Positions 24,271 to 38,100 of a DNA stretch of 64,000 bases are shown here, piece after piece. This DNA is from Camelus dromedarius (Eukaryota): contig NC_087437.1 of assembly GCF_036321535.1 (NCBI RefSeq), positions 73,348,001-73,412,000 of the forward strand. Direction: 5' to 3'. Every line of letters begins with the position of its first letter. Within the stretch, counting starts at the first letter, position 1. The notes beneath the pieces are model-generated. The model had not been told where the DNA came from. It did no database searches and saw nothing but the letters and a program-made list of their open reading frames with translations. The position numbers and the translations under genes were made by a program.

Positions 24271-26329
24271 CTGAATAGTGCAATAAACTAATTAGAATGG
24301 GTGAGTATAGAAATCTATAGTCAGTCCCTTTTCATACTTACAAATACCAAGTCCTAAAAATTAATTGAAACATTAAGCTTCATCCCTCTGTTTTTCTTCA
24401 TTTCCTTCACTGAAACTTCTGTAATACCATCACATGATTCACAGATTAATGTGATACCCTACAAACTTATCTTCTCACCTTATACTTGGGAGTAAATACA
24501 TGTATTCCCATAATACATATCACTGTATTACCAGTTTTTCCCCACAAATATATCCCATACTTATTTTTCAATAACCTTTTAATACTTATCTTTTCAACAT
24601 GACATCTAAGCCTTTATATTCATCCATATATTTATCTTACTACTTTTTAATAAAAGTCCTCTACTTGGGTCAGGTCAGTTTCCTCAGCCTCCCATCCAGC
24701 AAATTACCAATAGTAACCTAACGTGTGCTAGGGCTTGTGCTAAGTGCTAGGAATGCAAGAATAAATTTTATGCAGTCCCTGTCCTCACAATAGAGAGACA
24801 AATCCCTAAAGTAGGGTCAGAGAATCTATAAAATATTTATTTTCCAATGAAGTATAAAAAGAAATTATCAGTAACCTAAAAACAGAGGAGTGAGCATTAA
24901 ATAAAAATTAATGTTGTATTATAGGACATGGACTGGCACTAGGAACCCTACCTGGTCCATGTGTCAGGTATCTTCTGCCACACAGGGCACCACAATATCC
25001 TACGAGAAGTGTGGAGTGGGACAGTTCCAGAATGAAAGTGAAAAGACAGTTCCATCTTTACTTGGTTGTCCCTCTCGGCATAGTCAGTATCTTGTGACAC
25101 ATTGTGACTTATGCAAGCTCAGCTGAATGAACTAAAATCTTAGCTAGATTTAACTAAAAGTCAAAGATACACAGGAGGCATGACATGGGTGCTCTGTGTG
25201 ACAGGTGAACATCTGACACATAGACCAAGTGAGGGTATCAGTGCAAACACGTTATATACCAGCAAGCATTTATTCCTAGTAAATGTCATTCCTGCAAACA
25301 ACTGAAAGAATGAAGATAGTATCACTAATGTAAGCACAACAACAAAATCCAAGCAAAGGCAATGCAAGTAACTTATTTCTAATACCAAAATTTTACCAGT
25401 TACTTTATGAAGTAAAACCATGGCAATCTAATCAGATATGACAAATCACGCCCCCCAAATCAAATATATTCAGAAACCAAATAAAATACAGATTTATATT
25501 TACTTTTGTTAACAATAAACCTTACACTAAATGTATCCTGTGCTGAAATAACCTAATGTGAGGGAAGAAGCTATTCTGATTAGCAAGACATTGAAAAACC
25601 AAACATCTTGAACATGGAAGACTAGCTCTAAAAACAGGAGTTGGGATGAAAACTATCAAGATCCTCAACAATGTACTTCTTCCATTTAAATTAACATGTT
25701 TTCTAAAGTAGCATTAGCTTTCATACCTAAAAATTAGTATCAAAATATACTGAATATGGACTTAAACCTTTGAATCACTGAATCAAACAAAAAAAACCAA
25801 AATTAAAAAACCAAATGAAGCACATTACATCATGTGGTTTCCTGAAAAATGTTTTAGTGAGGAAAAAGTTAACTTTTTAAATGAAGCATAATCACATTGT
25901 TTACCTAAATAATACTGTTGGTGAAAAACATTTAATGTTATTTCATGACTTAAACATTTCTAATTTTTCATGTTTGAGTATCTTATAGTATATATAGCAA
26001 ACCTCTATAGGAGTACATATAAAATTTATAAACTTACACACATTAGGAATACAAACTAACTGACAGGTAGTCAAGAGTGTTGAAGACCACTGATCTAGAC
26101 TAGATAAGAACTAGAATGAAATGTGGTTATATTAGATATAAATTGATACAAGAATATGGGCAGCAGTTATTAATTCTAAAGGAAAAAGAAAAGTTTCATA
26201 AAGCTATAGTTTGAGCTGGACTTTGATTGAATATGGACTAATTTCCCAGTGTGGCAAAGGGAGGAATTTCAGGTAAAGGGAGCAGCATGGACATAATTAT
26301 TCAGACATCAAAGCACATGATATAATAAA

Positions 26330-26990
26330 AGAACAGTTAATAGATCTAGACATTAAATAGGTTCCCTGTTAGAGGGTCTATGCTTTGAGCATCAAATGGC
26401 TGCTAATACTGAAAGAAATCATTTACTATGTGCCTTCTGATGAAGGAACATACCACCACTGAAGAAGTAACCTTGTCCCTTCCGCCACAGATTAAACCTT
26501 AATCTTATCAAGGTTCTAGATCTCACTGTCAACTTACAGAAAATACAGAGGTATAATTGGCACAATGCAAACTGGAAAACTGCAGGACAAACGAAGCTTT
26601 CTTCACCAGATAAACTGCATGGGAAAAAATGAGGATGGGGAAGGGCATACAGAGAACACATAGATTAAAAGAAATTTCAATCAACCAATGTATAGGTATT
26701 TGGTAACAGCTAAAATTGGAAAAAAAATTAGAAATTTGAGTGATACTTGATATTAAGGAATTACTCATTTTTGGTGTAGTAATGAAACTGTGGTTACTTT
26801 TTCTAAATGTTCATCTTTTAGAGCTATATACTGATGTATTTACAGATGAACTAAAAGCAGGAGGGATTATGTGGTAAGAGTTTAAATGAAACAAGACTGC
26901 CCAAGAACTGATAACTGAAACAGGTACGTGAATATTAATTTCATTATCCTATCTTACTTTTGCATAATTTTTCATGTTTTTTAAAAAAGG
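26330..26990 (+). mobile_element. Old L1ME-type 3' UTR fragment
   Basis: gtgatacttgatattaaggaattact, tgatgtatttacagatgaa, aatgaaacaagactg, ttcattatcctatcttactttt. Confidence 0.55.
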
Positions 26991-28199
26991 AAGGCCAAGG
27001 CCTCTAGATCTCATTACCTCTAGTTTTTAGATCAACCTCTTTTCAAGACTAGGTTTTTCCCGAAGTATTTCTCATAACTGAGACTGTGAAATTAGGTATC
27101 ATGTCTATACAGAAGTATTATGTGTGAAAGGAAATAAAGCCCTGAATTCTCTAACTTTGAGGATTATTTATACTTTATTCTAATAAACTCACTTTCACTA
27201 GGCCTCAGCCATAGCACTCAGCCAGAATAAACAGCAGCTATTAATTAAGACCAAGTGAAACAAAATACCCAGAAAGTGACTTAAGTTTTAGCCTTCGAAG
27301 TTGAAATGAACATGATAAAAAACTGTCATCAAGGTTCAAAGAAAAAAATGACCCCTAAGGATATACACAGCAAAAGCTTTGGAAAGCAATGTTTGGTTTC
27401 AAGCTCGCTTCTGATGGATTTTACTCAAAGTAGACAGGTACTTGAAAAAAGTGCAGCTTACTGGAACATAACAGAAGAAAACTGAAAAGTTGGTATATCG
27501 TGTACATCATTCCAAAGATTCTTACAGGAATTTTTATTGGTGTAACAGAAATGAAACCAAACTTAATCCAGTCAAATTATGTGATTTGAAAAAAAAAACT
27601 GCTGCTCACTCTAAAATAATTCAAAGTTTAGGAAAAAGTCATAATTTTCAGTGTCAATAGTACAGAAAAGGGAGAAGGTGATTACAAACAGTAAGAAACA
27701 ATGTCATTCCTAGTCAAGGCAGATCACAAGCAGTAAGTGAAAGACACTAAATGTCAAACTTAAAAACAATCTTATGTGTTAATTCCAAGCTGAAAGCTAA
27801 TACATAAACATTTGATTTATGTCCAAGTCACAGCAAAACATTTAAAATTTGTTTTAACTGCTAGGGCTACAAAGATAATTCAGACTGTGTAGAATGTTAC
27901 TCATGATATGTGTATGAGATAGGAATTAAATGGTTAATTAAAAGCAAATTTTATAATGGTTAACATGCCAACTTAGATGCTTCCTTGAACATTACTTAAC
28001 TATTTAACTGTAACTTTTGCCTGATACACTCTTGTTTGGGAAGAGAATTAAAATAGGCTTCTAATTCCACAAAAACATCATTAATTAAAGGAAACTAGGT
28101 AACACACACACACAGTCTCTCTTTCATTCCAGCAAATATGAGGACAAAGATGGTAATCCAGAGCTACAGGCTTATTATAGAAACATGCCTCTAAAGAAT

Positions 28200-31100
28200 T
28201 AAAAAACAAACAAACTTTTATTTAAAGATTTGTCACATGGCTATTGGGGCTACCACCTGATAAGCAACTTAGTAAAAAAAAAAAAAAAAAAAAATCACTG
28301 GTACAAATTGAAATTAAATCCAATCCCAATATTCCAAAAATTTGAGAAAGGAGCTCTGCATGGGTGATACATTAACAAGTAAACAGGGAAAACAATTCAA
28401 TCTGTAAAGCATTCCTGTTAGAATTAAAAATTCAATAGGAGTACTATTTCTTCCTTTCTTATACTTTACATTGATTACTTCCACACATTGACAACTTCTT
28501 ATTCATATTCTTTGTTTTAGCAGTGTTTACCAAAAGCAAAATCAAACTCAAATCAGATGTTTTTGTTACATTTCTCTCAGTTTTTACACTACACATTATA
28601 CTTCCTATAGCCCCTTATACTAACATTCAGCCTGGGTTATCAATACAAAACGTTCCTATATATGGCTATCAGAAGCAATACCTATTACTGAAAAACCTTA
28701 ATGGTTTCTTTAATGTTAAACTTATCAAATAGAAACCTTTCAGGCACATGGTAAAATACAAAATCTTTCAACTAGAAAGTACTTCTCGAATACCACTTTT
28801 AAAGTTAAACCCTAGCCTATTAAAGTTTCAATGTATTTTAATAAAAATGTTAAAAAGGGAAAAATAAAGAGTTGCATTCATCTCTATCATATTATTGAAA
28901 TATTTTAACCAGTGTGAAAGAGACTCTAAAGTGAATACAAAAATGAAAAATCAATTCAAAGCACATAAAGGAAATAAATTAAAACACGGCCAAAATACAG
29001 TAAAACTATTCTTCCATCTTTTCAAAGAGAGTAGGATTTCATCTATACCCATCAATTAGCTGTGCACATCACTGATATTCAAAAATTTAACAAAAATGTT
29101 TATTAATATGACCATTTATGTTTACAAACAAGTCTCTATGAACAGTAAACACATAAAGTTCCAATAAACAACAGTGCAATGCTTCAAAAAGTCTTAAGCA
29201 CTAGTATCAGATTCTTAAAATTCTGAAGTCTTTTAGCTTGCCAAATGGTCTAGATTAAGGATACAGAATATATCAAATACTCCCTTGCAGTTTTTCATGT
29301 CACCCTCTACTGCCAAAACCAAAACCAAAAACCAACAAAAACTAAACAAACAAAAGAACCCTAACCACACAATGGCCATAATACAAAAGGAAGACAATAA
29401 TCACTAAGTAGGTATTTATATTTTAAAAGTAGTTTCCGAAATACATTGCTGATCTTAGACTCAAATTGAGATTTATACAGTATTCTAAATGAATTGCTCT
29501 TCTCAGATTCATACAGCATTTCAAACCACTGTTCCAAATATGAAACTTTGATTAAAAAATCCACAAATTTACATCTTCCATAGCAAAAGCTTTTAGACTC
29601 ATCTTTCTTATGGCCGTATCATTGCTGACATTTAAAATAAAAAAATAAAGTCACAGGGTATGGATCAAGAAAGTTTCCCTTCCAACGATTTGGACCAAAG
29701 AGTCTTAATATTTGTCTATCAGTGGTTAGTTATATTTAAATCAAATATTTCTAACAAGGTATCAGTGAGCTTAACCGTATCCTTGACTGGTATTTTAGTG
29801 TTATACTAAGTGGGAAGAGAAATAAAACAGGTTTCTAACTTCCAAAAAAATGGTTAAAATAAAGCAAATTAGTTTATAACCACGTAGAATAAAGCCTTTA
29901 CTACTTGCAACATTCTATGAACATGTTAGAACTTTGCTTTATAAAAACATTTTTTGGATCTGACGAGGATCGGGAAGAAGGTGGTTGGAAGGGTGAAAAA
30001 TAAAAGTACCTACTCTGCCTTTTTAATAACAAAATAATTTATTTAATTTATGATTCTCCTACTTATGTCTACTTGAATTCCCTGGCAAAACACCTAAGGC
30101 AATTCTACACAGTTCTTTTTTCAAATGAATCATCAACAGAAAAAAACATTTTCTTTGGGCTTCAAAATAGCTGTCATTACAATTGTATAGGACTCCAATG
30201 CAGAAGCAATCTACCTCACAAAAAGATCTACATTTGAAGATTTAGTAACATTCCTTTTTCAAAAGATACACGATTTTTGGAAAGCATATACTTAATTAAT
30301 TATGTATAAAAAACAAAACAAAAAACCTCATATTTCCAGTTTTAATTGGAAAAACAAAAATCTTGAAACACATACATACATTTAGGAGGAAAAAGGGGAT
30401 GGTTTGCCAATATCCATCAGCAAATGTTAGTGATTAGTTCTATAATTTAGATTTTTCTTGTTCAGTCTCAAATTTCCAAGTTTACTCTATTTTTTCTATA
30501 TATTTACCCGCTTGAACATCAATAATAAATGACTAAAACAAGATGATCTACAAAATTCTTTATATAGATTCTTGGCTGAAACATTTGTTTCATTTCTAAA
30601 ACTGGTACTCCAATGCTTGTTTCCCCATGTTTTTCTATATACTGAAATGCTCTCTCTGTACTATATTTAACTATGTACCATTTTTCCATTATTATTCTTA
30701 TATTTAGGATATAAAGCATCAAAACAAAACTACCACTTAATGCACCAAAACTCATTTTCACATGGCAATATAAGCATTGTCCTCCAGAGATGAAAAAAAC
30801 TGTATTATCATGTTTAAAAGGCATGTTTTTATTATTCTTGAATGTATTTCAGACAAAAATATTGATCAGCTAATTATGCTCTTCCACACATCATGTTCAC
30901 TGAGTTTACTACCACAGGTTTTAGTGCAACAAAATACCTTTGAAAAGCCACTCTACAGTAATTATGGCAAGGCTCATTAAAATGCAGAGGTAAAGATTCC
31001 ATTTGTATAGAAACTTAGAAAATAATGTTTGAAAAGAAAGGTGTTTCATTAGGCTGGATATTTTTGTATACTAAAAATATAAACATTTCTTGAATTAGTT

Positions 31101-31564
31101 TTGTAGTCAATTCTGATGTTATATCATTTAGTGGTGATAAATTTTGAGAGGTATTATGTTTAACAAACATTATAATTGAGATTATAGTCTTAGGTAGACA
31201 TTTAATACACAATGCCAAGGTAGTTTCCTTTTTTTTCTTTTTTTTTTAATTTTTGTACCAAAAAAAGTCATACATTAATGTTGACATTTCTTCTTACCTG
31301 TGTGCCTCAGACCAATAAAGTACTCTGCATTAAAATTTAAATCTTGAGACAGTAGTACAGCATTGAAAAAAAAAATTGTAAAGCAGCTCAGATATATTGA
31401 ACCCAGATTTTACATTTCCATTTGTCAAATTAGAATATAAAAAGTAAGCTTGAAAATCAAGTTGAAAAAGCTTATTCTTCCTCAAGAAAAAGTATGAACA
31501 ATCTGAAAATGATCAACTAGTATGAATGAAACATTGTACATAGTTAAGTCACATTTAGTGGTTG
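28200..31564 (-). other. NECTIN3: Probable long 3' UTR of nectin-3 alpha
   Basis: About 3.3 kb after the stop codon with no recognisable interspersed repeat. U-rich on the mRNA strand. Candidate poly(A) hexamers at 31201-31206 (ATTAAA), 29099-29104 and 28217-28222 (AATAAA). The 3' end is inferred. Confidence 0.6.
28217..28222 (-). promoter_or_regulatory. Candidate distal polyadenylation signal of the alpha isoform
   Basis: Minus strand reads AATAAA followed by gtttgtttgtttttt, with a U21 tract upstream (28274-28294). Confidence 0.5.
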
Positions 31565-32145
31565 CTAAACATACCACTCCCTCCTGGAAATTACAGAACC
31601 ATCTACATGTGAAACTAGGTCATCTTCATTTTCGTCATAATGTTCATCGCTGACGAACTTCATTCCCATTTTTAGATCTTCATAATAATCCATTGGTCTT
31701 TCAAATCTATTGAGATTTTCTACATTGTTCCACTGCGTTTTTTCAGGCTCTTCTAAATAGTCTTTCCGTATTAGATTGTTCACTGGATTTTTGTTTTCTT
31801 TTTTTACACTGTCTGGGTAAGAATCAAGCTCATCTTGTTGAAGAACATCTATTTGTGATTCTTTTTGCATATCTGATGGTGGAATGTAGTTCTTGGCAAA
31901 GTAGTCTCCACGAAACGTCCGCCTTCTCCTATAGCAGAATATTCCAGCCAAAACACTTACAAGTACTATGAAGAGAGCCCCACCCACTACACTAGCAATG
32001 ATCGTGCCAATTGTGTCATCCTTAATTGTTGCCAAAGTTGACAATGGGAAGGGCAATTTTTTTGGTTCTGTTGCTAGATCCTCGAAGTCAGCAGTTGAGG
32101 GATGCCAATGAACTGTAGGCTGAAGGGTGGTAGTAGTAGGAGGAT
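31565..32145 (-). CDS. NECTIN3: NECTIN3 alpha terminal exon, coding part (stalk, TM, cytoplasmic tail)
   Basis: Acceptor tttccatcag|ATCCTCCT. Encodes DPPTTTTLQP..., hydrophobic TIIASVVGGALFIVLVSVLAGIFCY followed by RRRR, and ends REWYV-TAG, matching the nectin afadin-PDZ motif E/A-x-Y-V. Confidence 0.98.
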
Positions 32146-35100
32146 CTGATGGAAACAGTAAAGATAGACAAGACACAGAAAGGCAAAGAATGTCAATGCA
32201 GGCTGATTCAGCAGCAAGTTGAAAAGACAGCACAGTTAATGAATATATATTCATAGTAACAATAGTTTTTCATTCTTAATTTAAGATTAGAAGGTAGTGA
32301 TGCTTATATATTTTTAAAAAATAACAAAACTGACACTTAGTCAGTTACAAATTATGCAAAGGGAATGAAAAATTATGTATGGTGTAAATCCTAAATCATT
32401 CTATTACAAGTTTAAGCATGATGTTGCACTCCATGGAATACTTTTTTAAATGAAGATTATTACTTAAGTGTCGCATATACAGCTGGCTTAAGAATTATCA
32501 TTACCAAAAATTTAAATCAAATCATTCAAATGTACATTTTCTTAGCCAGTAGTACAAGAAAACAGAAGAATGAAAAAATTAAAGTATGTTTTCTTAATAT
32601 CCATCTTTACCTAATAGAGTTTATTTTTTATAAGATATGAACTTATCTTTAAAGAATGAAAAACTATAGATTCTTGTTAAGTGGCCATAGTATAAGCTGT
32701 TGGTTTAATAATTCTCTCAAAAATATTTTCCTTAAATAAAGAAAACTCTTCAATTTTTAGAAAGGATATATGTAGTTGATACCATTATTTAGTGATTTAA
32801 AACATAAAAAGCATGTGTTTAAACTGTGTTAGCCAGATGGGCTATTATCAAATGAGACTAATAGACAAAGACAAAGTAAAAACATACTATAAACTATAAA
32901 GTGTTATAAAAAATGTCATCATCATCTCTATACCCCATAGGTAAGATATCTGAACATTTAGGAAACTGAGGAATTTCAACCACATCTGCAAAATTTAATG
33001 TCACATTGCTTTAGGATGGAGTCTCAAAAAAAAAAAGGCAGCTAATATTTTAGAGAGAACATTCTAATGATACTTAAAATTAGATGCAAATGATCCTGTG
33101 TATTGCCATTAGATTACAGAGTAAATAGCCATTAATATTAAAAAGCAACTAAACATAAATAGTAAAAATTAAAGATTGGTTAATTATCAATAAAGTGGTA
33201 TCTGTAGGTCATGTTACACAAAATTCTAGAGTTTGAAGAAAGGATGAATTAAAAATTTTTGAAGTTCTTCATTGATAAAAATAAATGACCCAAATGGTAA
33301 TCTCCTAGAATTAATTTTTAAATGAGTGGTACTGACAGAGCTTTCAAAAAATGATTGTTAGAAAAATACTAAATCTACATGGGTAAGTTATTCTAAAATT
33401 ACAAGCTAAAGAAAAATACTTACTGAAACAGGTTTCATCACGGAATGCCATACGTACAGAATGTGGTAAAAATTTAGCAAGTACAGTATAAAATGTAACA
33501 AGTACAGTATAACTAATTTCCTATGAGTTTAAATCAATATTAACAGGCAATCCAGTCAAGTACCTTGAAGTGAATATTAGTTATCATATTATATGTAAGT
33601 AAGTGAATCAAAGAAGAGTTAATTTGTGAGAACATATTCACTAGCTGACAAATTCAATCTTAAAAAAAATGTTGAATTGTAGGATCATTTCTACTATAAA
33701 AGTAGTAAAGACTCATATAATCCAATCTCACAGAACCAGGATATTAAAGAAATAGACTAAAAATTAATCATTTGTAAGATAACTCATATTTTCTGAAGGA
33801 AGAAGACTAATGGAAAAGTCAAGTTTTGGGTATTAAATGTCATCTTTACAATGATTCTCAAATAAAAAAAGTATTACAATAAACAAGCAACAGCAAGTTT
33901 TAAACAAAAGCACAAATAACCTGCACAAATCACTTGAGTAATAATTTAAAATTCATACATTTCTGTGCACATAAAATTTTTAGTTTTTGATAGCTCTTAA
34001 TGAAATGGTATTCTTCTCAGGACAGTACATATACACCTGAGAGCTCATATAAGATACATAACTGAACATTTTTACCAAGTATCCTTAAAAAAAAAATCAC
34101 TGACATTTATTTCTACTTACAATGTTCTTTATTGGAACACAGATGGATGTCTACTATCTAACTGAGATATAACAAATAACGCTTTCAGAAAATTTAACTA
34201 CAAAAAAAAAAAAAAAAAAGAGTAACCAAAAAAATCTGTTTGAAAGTCTTACTTTGCCAGTGGTCCTAGAAACTTTTTAACCTACTGTCCCTTCCTCAAC
34301 CAGTGTTAAAAATAGCTTAGCCTCACTGCGAATATGATTTTGTGAAAGAGGGACTATTGTTAAACTCTATATTTTGTATTTTAAGCAATGGACATATGAC
34401 AATGTATATATGACACTTATTCATGCTTTCTAATTCTTGCTCCAAGATAATTACAATGAAAGTCAAAATCTGGATAAGGAGACAGGAGGACAACTTTCTA
34501 ATCACTAATAGCTACTTATTTATCATGATTTAAAAATCCTTCCCAATAGCATTCCTTATTCAGTCATAATTTTTTTATACTTTACCGAATGTGTGATAAG
34601 TAAGTATATGATAAACATAATAAACTAGTAGACTCTGAGTTCTCCACACCCATATGAAGAATTTCTTAAGTTTCTTTTTCAAATTAATGAGCTCTGCCAA
34701 ATAGGAAAATAAATAGCCCAATAAGACCTTTGTAGCTATAATGCACATTTTAGCCTAATAATTACTATGCTAAAAAATCAAACGCATTTGTTCCTTTTTC
34801 TTTTATACTATATACATTGTTTAAATAAACAAAATCTATGAATTTTAAAGTTTAAGGACTGCTAATTTAAGTGGGTCTGATAGTATGTCTAGATACTAAA
34901 ATCAGTATGATTTGAAATTCAAGGTTAGCATAGGAATATACATTGATCTTTAGGCATGGGAGAACTTAAGTGATACGTGAAAATTTAATTCTCTATTCTC
35001 AGAGAAGTAAGAAGTATCAGGGTAAAAACACACCAAAAACTAGAAAAACACAATTCCCACCAGTTGGTTAGTACTGGACAAAGAACCACCACTGTACCAC

Positions 35101-38100
35101 CATGAGTAATAAATGAACTTGAATATCGCAATCTTGAACCTTGAATATTGCATCTTTTATCCAGAAACTTATGCCAATGTGGGAAATGTGGAACAAATTA
35201 TGAACGATGTCCCACAGAGCTACCACCTCTATTCTGTTTTGGGTGGACCTTTTTAGTCCCCAGTCATAAGTTACATTCCTTTTACATATATTTTAAAAAA
35301 TCATTTATGAAACTTTATTACTGAGATAAAAATGTCTTCCTAGAAGAAAAAAGGATATCTATAACTTACAATAAAAAGATTAACTTTTTGATCGCTTACT
35401 GTGTGAATTATGGCCTTTCACTGTGATAAAAGCCTACTAGTAGGCTTTACTAGTTATTTTGGGAAGGCAATATTGTATCTAGGGTACTTGATATACTCTA
35501 AGCTCTTAGAGGAGTTAGCTATACTCAGAACAGTGTACTGTATAAAAGACTCTGGGTAGAAAAATAAAGTCTAATTCTTGATGATTACTTAAAGAAAACC
35601 ATCTCATATAATGCCATCTTTCCTAGAAGTACCTAGTGGTTATTAACTGTGATTTTTCGTATTTACTTAAAATTTGACTTCCCCTTTTGTAAGAATTAGT
35701 AGATGTTGATCAAAAAGTATGTAAAGTTTATCACCAGTGTTACATTAGTTCCCTTGTCAAAAAAAAATTATAGTTACATACAAGCAGATTCTGGATTTTT
35801 AATTCTTTCCTGATTGTTTTCTTCTCAAACAAATGTATTCATTCATGCAACAAAAGTTTACTGAACACTCATTGTGTGTTAAACATTGCTGTAGATGGTA
35901 GGAATATAGTAGTGATTAAAGAATACAAAAATCCTGCCTTCTAAGGACATATGTTCTAATGGACGTAAAAACAGGCAAGCATATATATAAAATAAAACAT
36001 GTAGTATGTCACATGGCAATATATACCACTGGTAAGGTTCTGTATACAACATAATAAGAGAGCTCACATCAACTTGTTGATGGATGGGGTATAAGAGGAA
36101 AATCAAAATCAAGAATAAATATCAAAGATTTCATACCCTGAGCAAATGGATGGAGCTACAAATAACTAAAAGGACAAAGACTGTTGGAGGAAGAGATTTG
36201 GTGGCAAAGGGCAGAAGAAAGATGAGGAACTCAGTTTTGAATGTTAAGTTTTAAATGCATATTATACTTCTCCACAGGGTTAATGATCATTAATAGATAG
36301 ATGGACACACAAGACAGGGGTACTGGGAAGTGGCCCCAGAATACCAAAGATATAAATTTAGCATATCGCCGAAAGATAAGAATGCCAAAATTGAGACGAT
36401 ATTTTAATGATTACATACTTGTAACACATTGAGCCTAGGATTTACAAATAATATCCCACACCAAATTTTGCAAAACAGAAAGTAAGCAGTCCTTAGGTAA
36501 CTACATTTTAAATATGTATTTCCTACAGCTTTAAGATTCCTTTTTTTTTTTTCCTTCTTTTAATATAAAAAAGCCTCTTAGGGAAGAAACGAAGACTAAT
36601 ACATGAATATTTAATCTCATTTAGATCTCCACCAAAGCACTGCTGTTGGCAGAGAGGGCTAGAAATGTACATAGCTCTAAGCTTCTTATGAGATTCACGC
36701 AAAAAAAATTTGTATCCCTATCATGTGCCAGGCACTAAGTGCTGAGAATACACTGATAAAGCAAACACAAACTGTTTAGATATAAGGGTAAATAAAAGTG
36801 AATAAATAAGCATACAACTACAAACTGCGGTAAATGCCATGAGAAAATAATATGGGGAACTGTTCTTAGATTTAGTCACCACAGGACTGAGAATGTAACA
36901 CAAAAGCAAGCTTAAAATTTCTCTAAAATTGCTAATTTATTTAGTTTTAGATTGTACAGAGATACAAATTTTAACTATCTATTATCTAACTACCATATAA
37001 ACCTACATTTCTCAAGGTTCTCTTCCTTTTCCCTTTCATTTTCCATTTGTTAGATATGAAGAGTGCTACATTCTTACACTCAGGAAGGAGATGCTTGAAA
37101 TATTTATATAATTTTTATAAACAAGCATTCCATTGATAATTTATTATTTATAGCCTTACCCAGGAAAAATATATTTTTAGCTTTAACTGTATTTTGTAAA
37201 TACTCATTATACTCAGTCAAATTAACAAAAACATTCACAGTGGAACAAATGGAATGTGAAAAATCTAAGTTCTTAGTGGCTTAAGGACTGACCATAAAAA
37301 ACATCTTAAATTTTATTTCATTAGAACATTTTCAGTAGTATTCCTACTTCACCTCTTAATAATCCAATATGGTATAGTCCCATATTGAGTGACAATGATA
37401 TTTAATAAGAAGGTCATCAAAATTGATATCCCATTTTATTTATCACATTTGTGTGCAGAGTAGCTACCAAAAACTAACAAAAAACTCAATGCTTATTCTT
37501 TGTGTAAATATGAAAGAACCTGGAATGGTACACACACTACCTAGAAAAAGAATACTATTTAACCAAAAAAATTCACTATATGCATGGGTCTTAAAATGTA
37601 TATAAACCTATTGCACAGACATTTTGCCATTTCACTAAATAAAGGAGTGTCATTTTATATATGTATTTCAGTTAAGGTTACTTCATTAGATTTCTTTTAG
37701 ATTATTTGGAAAATCTCACAGTGAGGAATATGTATTTTCACAAGTATAAATTACCATCTAGATCACATAGTATTATTGTTATGACTGTTGTTACAGAAAT
37801 AATTTTGTGAGTAGATGGTAACTTACCTGAAATGTAGATGATCTTTTGATCACTTCTTTGACCAAGGGAATTGGTCACTTTACAGACATAAACACCAGAA
37901 TAATTAAAAGTCAGTGGGTGGACAAAATGAAGAGTATTGTCTGAAGCCAGTAAACCATCAGGCCACTGTCCATCCAACCTAGATTAAAAAGTATGAAATT
38001 ATTTTAAATAGCTTCAGATTCTATTCATTGACAGCTGTTCAAATAAGGTATTACACTTTTGAGATGTCAGTAAAAGAACCAGCATATTTCAAGTAAAATA

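Noticed and set aside
32146..32254. Apparent hydrophobic leader MNIYSLTVLSFQL... of ORF 31565..32254
   Set aside because: It corresponds to the pyrimidine-rich 3' end of the intron; there is no evidence of an internal promoter.
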